This document shows positions 1-8,311 of a stretch of DNA of 17,180 bases, piece by piece. The stretch comes from Octopus sinensis (taxonomy: Eukaryota), in NCBI RefSeq assembly GCF_006345805.1, contig NW_021824965.1, positions 1-17,180 on the forward strand. The letters are read 5' to 3'. The translations under genes were made by a program, and so were the position numbers. A model generated the notes under the pieces. The model was not told the DNA's origin, searched no databases, and was given only the letters and a program-made list of their open reading frames with translations. Position 1 is the first letter of the stretch; every line of letters starts with the position of its first letter.

Positions 1-306
1 ATATATATATATAATATATATATATATACTATAAGTATATATAAGTATAAATTTATACTTACATACACACATATATGTATGTACATATTTGCGTATATAT
101 TTATATATATGTACTTACATCAACACACCCACACGCTCACGCACACATATATTTATGTATATTCGATCTATGGCTTCTTGAGACTGACAGATGCCTGCTG
201 CGTCTACTATATATGCATATATATATATATATGTACGTGTGTATGTGAGTGCGTGTGCGTTTATGCTTGTATATACATATGCGTGTGTGTGTGTGTGTGT
301 GTGTGT
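1..306. repeat. Compound (TA)n/(CA)n/(TG)n low-complexity block
   Basis: Dinucleotide runs seen directly; explains ORF 79..450. Confidence 0.85.
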
Positions 307-1251
307 AAATTTAGGGAAGTCAAAAATACTAATGTCTTAAAAGAATGCAGTACACGACGCTCAGTTCAGTATGTTTTTCGGTTGACAGTAACCTCGACGA
401 TTTGCCATATAATACCTTTCCATCTGTGTCATAATCCTTGTCGTTTATGATTCATATGTTACTGAAAAAAAAAGCGGTTTTGATACGCAATATAGTATTA
501 TCGGTAAACAGACCGTAATGAAGTATATTCCATATTGTATGGTTAAAATGATAGATAATAACGTATGACCCTATAACAATACTATATCATATTCTGCTTA
601 AACTAGAAGGGAAGCCAAATAGGCAAATTCGGCATCACTATCGCCTCAAATATTAGGCTTCAATTCCCAGGGCGGAAGTCCTTTTTTTTTTAACATGACT
701 AAGACCATGTCTCAATAATTTGTTCTCTTCAGAACCAGAGTTATTTCAAACGACAATATTGATGTTCTGCCAAGGTGAATTGAGGCCAAGCGTTGCGCCA
801 ACGTCGAAAATGGTTCTACTGCATCCTCCATGCGCACATGCACATCCTGGAAAGGCTCACAGGTTCTCGCTTCTCTCATAACCCATGCTGAGCCCAACCC
901 TCCATAGGCCTTACCGATCCCAACATACAGCATTCTTGACAAATCACTACTTTTACTCATGTTTTGCCCTACCGCCATCATCATACAACAAGCTAAAACT
1001 TAACGTCTTCTCTTTTGGGAGGAAATATGAAGACCGCAGACTCTTCCTGTTACTTCAAATTCTTCTCACAAAATAAATAGAATGGCGTGAATAAATGCGA
1101 CAAACATTGAAAGTATTGTTATAGTGATTATCAGCTTAAAGAAATATTACAAATGATTTTTTAGTTCAGTTGTTAATTCGATTTTAATTAATCAGTCTGC
1201 CAACAGAATATAGTGAACATGTAGAGGAATTTTATAATTAATGTGATTATA

Positions 1252-1695
1252 GGCGCAGGAGTGGCTGTGTGGTAAGTAGCTTGCTAACTAACCACATGGT
1301 TCCGGGTTCAGTCCCCCTGCGTGGCATCTGGGCAAGTGTCTTCTGCTATAGCCCCGGGCGACCAATGCCTTGTGAGTGGATTTGGTAGACGGAAACTGAA
1401 AGAAGCCTGTCGTATATATGTATATATATATATTATAATATATATATATATAATTATATGTGTGTGTGTGTGTATATATTTTGTGTGTCTGTGTTTGTCC
1501 CCCTAGCATTGCTTGACAACCGATGCTGGTGTGTTTACGTCCCCGTCACTTAGCGGTTCGGCAAAAGAGACCGATAGAATAAGTACTGGGCTTACAAAGA
1601 ATAAGTCCCGGGGTCGATTTGCTGGACTAAAGGCGGTGCTCCAGCATGGCCGCAGTCAAATGACTGAAACAAGTAAAAGAGTAAAAAGAGAGAGT
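1252..1695 (+). mobile_element. tRNA-derived SINE, family A, full length (CORE-like body; probably an octopus OR-type family)
   Basis: A-box TGGCTGTGTGG 1262-1272, B-box-like GGTTCAGTCC 1305-1314, CORE-like ctgggcaagtgtctt, internal (TA)/(TG) tract, tail aagtaaaagag repeats. Near-identical copies at 10186 and 13584. Family name is from recall only. Confidence 0.92.
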
Positions 1696-1774
1696 ATAGG
1701 TTTCAATATAACGTTTCAGGACATTGTGAAATAATAATCTTAAATAAGAAACTGAAGTTTTGTAAATTATATGT

Positions 1775-2072
1775 GGAGGCGCAATGGCCTAGTGGTTAGG
1801 GCAGCGGACTCGCGGTCGCAGGATCGTGGTTTCTATTCCCAGACCGGGCGTTGTGTGTGTTTATTGAGCGAAAACACCTAAAAGCTCCATGAGGCTCCGG
1901 CAGGGGGTGGTGATCCCTGCTGTACTCTTTCACCACTCTTTCTCCCGCTCTGTTGGCCTGCTCGCTTAGCCAGCGGGGTGGCGTCATTCGAAGGCTAAAA
2001 CAATGCGAACGCATTGTGACCAGCGATGTGTAACTACATCTGATGGACTGGTCTGTCACGTGATCACGTGAT
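1775..2072 (+). mobile_element. tRNA-derived SINE, family B (tail type 1)
   Basis: A-box TGGCCTAGTGG 1785-1795, degenerate B-box ggtttctattcc 1828-1839, short repeated tail (tcacgtga)x2. Head and body match the minus-strand copy ending at 16478. Confidence 0.88.
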
Positions 2073-2088
2073 ATGTATATATATATAT

Positions 2089-2243
2089 TCTAGGCACAAG
2101 TCCTCCAAAATGGACCCCTAATCGACCCCTAAAGGATGAAAGGCAAAGTCAACCTCGGCGGAATTTGAACTCAGAAGGTAGCAGCGGACGAAATATCACT
2201 AAGCATTTCACCCAGCGTGCTAACATTTCTGCTAGCTCACCGC
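2089..2243 (-). mobile_element. tRNA-derived SINE, family C, internally deleted
   Basis: Reverse complement reads gcggtgagctagcagaaatgttagcacgc...GAGTTCAAATTCC (2160-2172)...ctttcatcctttaggggtcgat...cttgtgcctaga, matching the copies at 4255-4660. Confidence 0.85.
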
Positions 2244-2257
2244 GTTAGTTATATATA

Positions 2258-2408
2258 CAGCGTATTCAAAAATTCTCTCCATACTGAAACGGAAATCAGC
2301 CTAGGAAATGCTCACACGGCAGTAAAACAGAAATTTAATTTCTTTCCATACAAAGTGCTGGCCATTCAAGAATTGAAGAGTACGGATCATGCTAAAAGGC
2401 TTCATATC
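2258..2408 (+). pseudogene. Tc1/mariner-superfamily transposase fragment (HTH-to-linker region) with a possible left TIR
   Basis: Frame of ORF 2217..2411 encodes ETEISLGNAHTAVKQKFNFFPYKVLAIQELKSTDHAKRLH (2286-2405), resembling the ...ISxxSxxxILKxxLxxxPYKxxxxQELxxxDxxxR segment of Tc1/mariner (DD37D/Tc3-like) transposases. Preceded by TA|CAGCGTATTCAAAAA. Stops before the catalytic domain. Confidence 0.72.
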
Positions 2409-2649
2409 TAATTTACAGAAGTTTGTCTTTGTGATATGCCAGTAATTCTTGAAGGCTGAAATATGATCGGAAGCAGAAGGTATTTGGGCTGTGATCCTTG
2501 CTATATTAAAGCCAATACTTTCGCGATGAGAGACCTTCTGAGAAAGTGAGTCATATCATTTGAAGCTACAGTGAGGAAGCTAGTTTATCCCCAATCGCAT
2601 TTGCGCAATCCGAGATGATATATACATATATATATATATATATATATGT

Positions 2650-2760
2650 AATTCATAATTAAGGGCAATAGAAAAAATTTCTTTGGTTAATGGACAATAT
2701 GTCCAATGTTTCGGCATATCTGGCATTAGAAATTTTTTCTTTTGCCCTTAATTATGAATT
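2650..2760. mobile_element. Foldback MITE, internally deleted copy
   Basis: 33-bp inverted arms 2650-2682 and 2728-2760 (32/33 complementary). Interior is homologous to the reverse complement of 9975-10045. Confidence 0.8.
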
Positions 2761-3140
2761 GTTTATAGATTTAACCTTTAAAGGTATTTTTTGATATGCT
2801 GGCCATTGATAAAATTTTGGGGGGAAAATAATATTTGTTTCGAAAAAAAATTTTTTATCCTTCATTAGATATATATATATATATATTATATATTATATAT
2901 ATATATAATATATATATACATACAGGATCTTATACTATTATCTTTTATTGGCAATACACTGAATACAATTTTATATTGATTAATCCTTCTGGTGCAACCA
3001 TATTACTCATCGATAATTTAACTTCACCAATCAAATCCACTTTTTTATAATTTCAGTAACCTTAGCATATTTATATAAGATATAAAAAAACGTAAAACAA
3101 TAAGCCTTCCTTCGTTGGACATTCATTTTGCGATATACCC

Positions 3141-3184
3141 GGATGGCTGTCCTAGCATAGACAGGATGGCTGTCCTAGCATAGA
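3141..3184. repeat. Tandem duplication, period 23 bp
   Basis: ggatggctgtcctagcataga at 3141-3161 and 3164-3184, identical. Confidence 0.9.
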
Positions 3185-3872
3185 GAGTAACTTCGGAAAT
3201 CGTAAACCTGCCGACGTGTATCCCTGTTCAGCGATGTTTACAAGTTTACCTTTTTCATTAGAAGAGGAGAAATAGAACAAAATAACGCCATCAATAATGG
3301 GCTGATAACTTATGTATCGACTTCGTATGGATGGGAGAAAATATTGGCTTTCACAGGATTGGAACTCAGCGATTAGAGAGTGGAACAAATTCTGCAAAGC
3401 ATTCAACACAAATTACTAAAATCTCTCCTAAATCGTCACCATATTATACAGTCGCAAACAGCTAAAATACTATTATGAGAAAATATCAGCTTAAGAAAAT
3501 ATCTATGGAGCTTTATTTTTTAATTAATCATTAAATCAAAATTAACTGATTAATTAAATAATTGAAAAATAATTAATTTATTAGCTGGTTTAAGCTTCCT
3601 GTTTTTAATGATTACGAAAGTATAGAATTTTTATGCAATACGGATAAACTTGCTAAGATTGGAAAAGGAGTGGCAACGATTTTGAGACGAAACATTTCTA
3701 TTATACGATTATTTTCACAAATGCAAGAAAATAAAGAGGATTTCAGGAAGGATTTATGTATTTTACTTGGAATAACAAGCTAAAGAGAAAGAAATGAAAT
3801 ACTGAGAAAATGGTTTGCTGGTATCGTCAGCTGTTATCTTGCGATTTAATTATATTAATCATGATACGTACA

Positions 3873-3907
3873 TATATAATATATATATATATATATATTA
3901 TAATATA

Positions 3908-3952
<45 letters not shown>

Positions 3953-3965
3953 TAATATATGTATA
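3873..3965. repeat. Imperfect (TA)n microsatellite
   Basis: Seen directly. Confidence 0.9.
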
Positions 3966-4254
3966 TACACACAACATTGGAGAACGAAATACTTCGATAA
4001 ATGGATTATGGAAAAAAAAAGATAATTTTAAATCCACTGTCTGTTTTGGAAAATACAAAAAAAAACCTTTCGTTTGGTTTAAAATATTTGAAATAATTTA
4101 AATTTGATTAAAAAGGAGGTGGAGAAATTTGATATCAAGTTTGCATGTAGAAGAGAAACCTAGATTTAATATTATAGGTGATGGATGTATGGAAGAGCTA
4201 TTTTACCTGCATTTATAACTAATTCATTGGTCTTTCATTTTGCGTAACGTGAAA

Positions 4255-4660
4255 GGCGATGAGCTAGCTCAAACGTTAGCACGCCGATAAATTAAATACC
4301 AGTACAATTAAGAAGCAGTCGATAAATTAAGTACCAGTTGCGTACTGGATCGATCTAATCGACTGGGCCCCTCCCCGAAAATTTCCTCCTTGTGCCTAGA
4401 GTAGAAATGTATATTTTACAAGACCAAAGCAGCGAACTGGCAGGAACCTTATCAGGCCGGGCGAAATGCTTAGCTGTATTTCGTCTGTCTTTACGTTCTG
4501 AGTTCAAATTTCGCCGAGGTCGACTTTACTTTCATCCTTACGAGCTCGATAAATTTAGTACCAGTTGCGTACTGGTGTCGATCTAATCGACTCGGCTTGT
4601 TTCCCAAATTTTCGTTCTTGTGCCTAGAGTAGAAAATAATATCTTACAAGACCAAAGCGG
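4255..4660 (+). mobile_element. Head-to-tail tandem of family C SINE units (about 228-bp period)
   Basis: cttgtgcctagagtagaaa at 4389 and 4617; linker ttacaagaccaaagc at 4416 and 4644. Second unit has B-box-like gagttcaaatt at 4500; first unit lacks the B-box region. Confidence 0.85.
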
Positions 4661-4983
4661 CGTGTGTGTGATTTAGAGGTCGAAAAACCAACTAAGGGAT
4701 AGTACCTGTCCAATATACTGCTGGTAGTCTACCCAATTATTCATAGTCAAGGGCTAGTTATTGCATGGCAATTGAGTATTATATATGGGGGAGGGTAAAA
4801 GAAGTGATTTACCCATGAGTTATACAAGTAAGAAAACGGAGAGGATATAAAATCGACAGATATCAGCCAGTAAATATTGAAATATGTCTATTTATTCAAT
4901 TGTATTGGATAAATACACAGACATGTACGAGTGATAGAGATTAACGAGGGGAAAAACCCTTGTGCGTGGATTTTGTACGTGAA

Positions 4984-5116
4984 AATTCACTCACAAGGCT
5001 TTGGTCGGCTCGTGGCTATAGTAGAAGACACTTGCCCACGGTGCCACGCAGTGGGACTGAATACGGAACCAAGTGGTTGGGAAGCAAGCTACTTACCACA
5101 CAACCACACCTGCGCC
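4984..5116 (-). mobile_element. Family A SINE, 5' half only
   Basis: Reverse complement ggcgcaggtgtggttgtgtggtaagtagcttgc...gggcaagtgtcttctactatagcc...ccttgtgagtgaatt matches the head and CORE-like part of 1252-1380. Confidence 0.85.
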
Positions 5117-5154
5117 AATATATGTATATAGGTAGTGTATATATCGCTAGATGC

Positions 5155-5207
5155 ATAAGCATATATATATATATATTACATATCTATATATGTATATATA
5201 TGTAATC

Positions 5208-5288
<81 letters not shown>
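5155..5288. repeat. (TA)n microsatellite
   Basis: Seen directly. Confidence 0.92.
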
Positions 5289-5289
<1 letters not shown>

Positions 5290-5588
5290 TAGCAGTATCG
5301 CCCGGCAATGCTCAGGTTTGTAAGGGAAATAACTATATAAGCATTTTTAGAGAGTTACTTCCCTTATATAATAGCAAAAAAAATGCATTAAAAATGGGAA
5401 AAAATGATGGTAATTTTTTTTATAAATCGTAGACTTGTCGTAAATGCGCGCTAATACCCAGAAGGGCTCGATATGCATCACGACTATAAGATACCCGCTT
5501 TTGGTTAAACTGCACCGCAAAATGTGGGAGTAGTTAGGAATCTAAATCGTAGGAGACAGACACACAACTTCACTTTTATATATAAAGA
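5289..5588 (-). mobile_element. Non-autonomous Helitron (Lep1/HINE-like), apparently complete, 300 bp
   Basis: Minus strand begins A|TCTTTATATATAAAAGTG (TC at 5588-5587) and ends ...CTGCTAG|T (CTAG ending at 5289), i.e. inserted between A and T. GC-rich hairpin CCTG-A-GC-ATT-GC-CGGG at 5316-5301 lies 12 nt from the 3' end. These are the canonical Helitron terminal features. Confidence 0.8.
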
Positions 5589-5980
5589 TATATATATATT
5601 TATATATATATTCACGTATTATAAACCTCTACACGGATTTTTAAAGTTTTCTGCACTCTACCCATTTCGTGTATATAATCTTACTATCGTTTTTAATATA
5701 AGTAGGACCCTATAACTTACGTATTTAATATATTCTTAGCATGTCTATATCTTTGTCTCCGTATATTTTCTTATATCTTTTCAATATACTTTTAAATGTA
5801 TTTATATATTTACATATTTATTTTTAGGATATGATTTTGTGCTCATAATACTTTCGGAAGAGAATATATTTTAGTAAGTTATCTTTCGTTTCTCATCATT
5901 TTTCTCCCTATTTTCCTCTGGCTCAAATATAGTAAGTACATCGATGTGTTCTACATATAGAGAAGATATTATCTCTAGAA

Positions 5981-6300
<320 letters not shown>

Positions 6301-6599
6301 AGAGACTGTTTGTGAGAGAACTAAATTAAATCAGAAATTGATATAAAGCGAGAAAGGTAAAGAGAAAGTTGGGTATTCATAGAGAGGAAGAGGGAGAGAG
6401 ATAGAGGATGGGAGAGAGATAACGAAAATGAGAGTGAAATATATAGAGTGATTCTGTTTGAAATCGTGGCTGAGAGAATGTCAAAGGTGAATCGGTGTAA
6501 AATAAAAGGTATCCTTGTTCGTTGAAAAATATGCGAAATATGATACAATCGTAGTTTGGTCTTATCGTCCATATGAAGTATCCTTGTCAAAAATTCCTT

Positions 6600-7052
6600 T
6601 CTCCTCAACCCTTCATCCTCACCCTCTTCCTCATCCCCCCACCCTCTTTCTTCTTCTTCTTCTTCGTTTTTCCTCCTCCTTTTTTTTCTTCTTCTTCTTT
6701 TCCTTCTTCTTCTTCTTCGTTTTTCTTCCCCTTCTTTTTCTTCTTCTTGTTCCTCTTCGTTTTCTCTTCCTCCTCCTCCTACTTTTTCTTCTTCTTCTTC
6801 TTCTTCTTCTTCGTTTTTCCTCCCCTTCTTTTTCTTCTTCTTGTTCCTCTTCGTTTTCTCTTCCTCCTCCTCCTACTTTTTCTTCTTCTTCTTCTTCTTC
6901 TTCTTCGTTTTTCCTCCCCTTCTTTTTCTTCTTTTTCTTCTTCTTCTTCTTCTTCTTCTTCTTCTTCTTCTTCTTTTTTCTTCGTTTTCTCCTCCTCCTC
7001 CTCCTCCTCCTTTTTCTTCTTTTTCTTCTTCTTCTTCTTCTTCTTCTTCTTG
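6600..7052. repeat. (CTT)n/(CCT)n polypyrimidine tract with an embedded 94-bp higher-order repeat
   Basis: Landmarks recur every 94 bp: cgtttt at 6718/6812/6906, cttgtt at 6746/6840, act at 6781/6875. Confidence 0.9.
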
Positions 7053-7268
7053 ACCTGCATGTAGAATCTGCGAACATTGCACATTTTGATTTAATCCTTC
7101 AAAACTATTTACTTATCTCTTACGTAATGATGTTAATGTCAGAGAGTTAAACAAACACAGATATTTAACGCCCAACGATGAATGTCTTCTGTCAAATTAG
7201 TCAGAAAGAATTTTTCTTTCGGTTTCGACCAAATTTATTTCTCTCACATCACATCCTCCTCTTCATGA

Positions 7269-7456
7269 CCAATACTTGTATTTCAAAGGGTCAGTCCTGT
7301 CCTGTTCGGGAGTGTCAAGATGAATCATCCTCAGAAGTGCGTTAAGTGTACGCATGCCTCTGGAGCGATCAGCTATTTGAACCTTAATTTCACGAGCAGG
7401 CTGTTCCGCTGATCGGATCACCTAGGACACTCGTCGTCGCAACCGACGGATTGCCA
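7269..7456 (+). mobile_element. Probable 3' part of another interspersed repeat/SINE (family D)
   Basis: ttaatttcacgagcaggctgttccgctgatcggatca...tcgtcgtcgcaaccgacgga resembles a repeat I recall as abundant in octopus genomes. No second copy in the window, so unverified. Confidence 0.45.
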
Positions 7457-7825
7457 GTATGTTTTCTACTTCTGTTTCCCTGAGTTTCTCTGTGATAATC
7501 TCATCATATCAATATTATCTTTTTCTTTCGTTCTCTGACACTCTCTAACTATATCTTCTTCATCTCACCACCTCTCAATTATGATTTCTTTTTCCCTCGT
7601 TTTCTCCCTATTTATCAAGTATTTTTCACTTTCCTCTCTTTCAACCAAAAAGCAGTAAAATAATTTCTCGACCTACAACAAACAGGAGCCAATTTCCTTC
7701 CAAAATCGCCTTTTAAGAATGAAGGACGTATTCAATATTAGGAATTCTACATTCACTATGCTTGAGAACTGGTTGTCAGCTGACAAATCCAGAGAACATT
7801 GAATATAACATCACATAAGATATAT

Positions 7826-7920
7826 TTTCATTTCCTTGTTTCAGACATTTCACTGCTGGAGCAACGCCTGTAGTCGAACAAATCAACCCCAAGACTTATT
7901 CTTTGTAAGCATAGTACTTA
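7826..7920 (-). mobile_element. Family A SINE 3' tail fragment
   Basis: Reverse complement taagtactatgcttacaaagaataagtcttggggttgatttgttcgactacaggcgttgctccagcagtgaaatgtctgaaacaag aligns to 1580-1673 with a short internal deletion. Confidence 0.85.
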
Positions 7921-8051
7921 GGTATTTTCGATGTTATTATTATTATTATTAATATATTATTATTATTATTATTATTATTCAGGTCACTGCTTGGAATCGA
8001 ACTCAGAAACTTGGGGTTAGTAGCCCGCGCTTTTAACCACTACGCCATATG
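7920..8051 (-). mobile_element. tRNA-headed element (SINE-like head plus (AAT)n), inverted arm
   Basis: Minus strand: A-box TGGCGTAGTGG (8047-8037), anticodon-arm-like GGG-CTACTAA-CCC, B-box GAGTTCGATTCC (8004-7993), then gcagtgacctg-(aat)n-aacatcgaaaatacct. Confidence 0.8.
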
Positions 8052-8066
8052 GCAGTGACCTGGATA

Positions 8067-8148
<82 letters not shown>

Positions 8149-8311
8149 TAATAATAATAACAACATCGAAAATACCTTAGGAATAAGATCCCAGGTTCCA
8201 AATTTCCCCCAAGACACCTGATGAAGGCTGGAGGGTATATCAGTTGAAACGTTGTGTTAACAGCAAACTTGATGAGGACAAATATCCGTAAAACGTAAAT
8301 AATGTAAATAA
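8049..8311 (+). mobile_element. Forward arm of the same element: (AAT)n plus hammerhead-containing 3' region (Penelope pseudo-LTR/retrozyme-like)
   Basis: gcagtgacctg 8052-8062, (AAT)n 8064-8160, aacatcgaaaatacct 8162-8177, hammerhead 8213-8258, repeated tail gtaaataa(t)x2 8295-8311. Confidence 0.7.
8213..8258 (+). ncRNA. Minimal type I hammerhead ribozyme motif
   Basis: Stem I GACAC(8213-17)/GUGUU(8254-58); core CUGAUGA 8218-24 plus one extra A; stem II GGCUG(8226-30)/CAGUU(8241-45) with two G-U pairs; GAAA 8246-49; stem III reduced to palindromic ACGU; predicted cleavage after GUU (8251-53). Activity untested. Confidence 0.7.

Noticed and set aside
1248-1700. tatagg on both sides of the first family A SINE as a target-site duplication
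   Set aside because: Only 4-6 bp, overlaps the element start, and no equivalent is seen at other copies.
1288-1734. Recurrent peptides such as ARGYSRRHLP and TDAGVFTSPSLSGSAKETDR in several ORFs
   Set aside because: They recur because they are translations of family A SINE copies, not a gene family.
6515-7150. Poly-F/L/S and poly-K/R/E ORFs
   Set aside because: Translations of the CTT/CCT tract on both strands.
7993-8051. Possible true tRNA gene on the minus strand
   Set aside because: A and B boxes are present but the acceptor stem and anticodon stem do not pair fully; treated as a SINE-type head. tRNAscan-SE would settle it.
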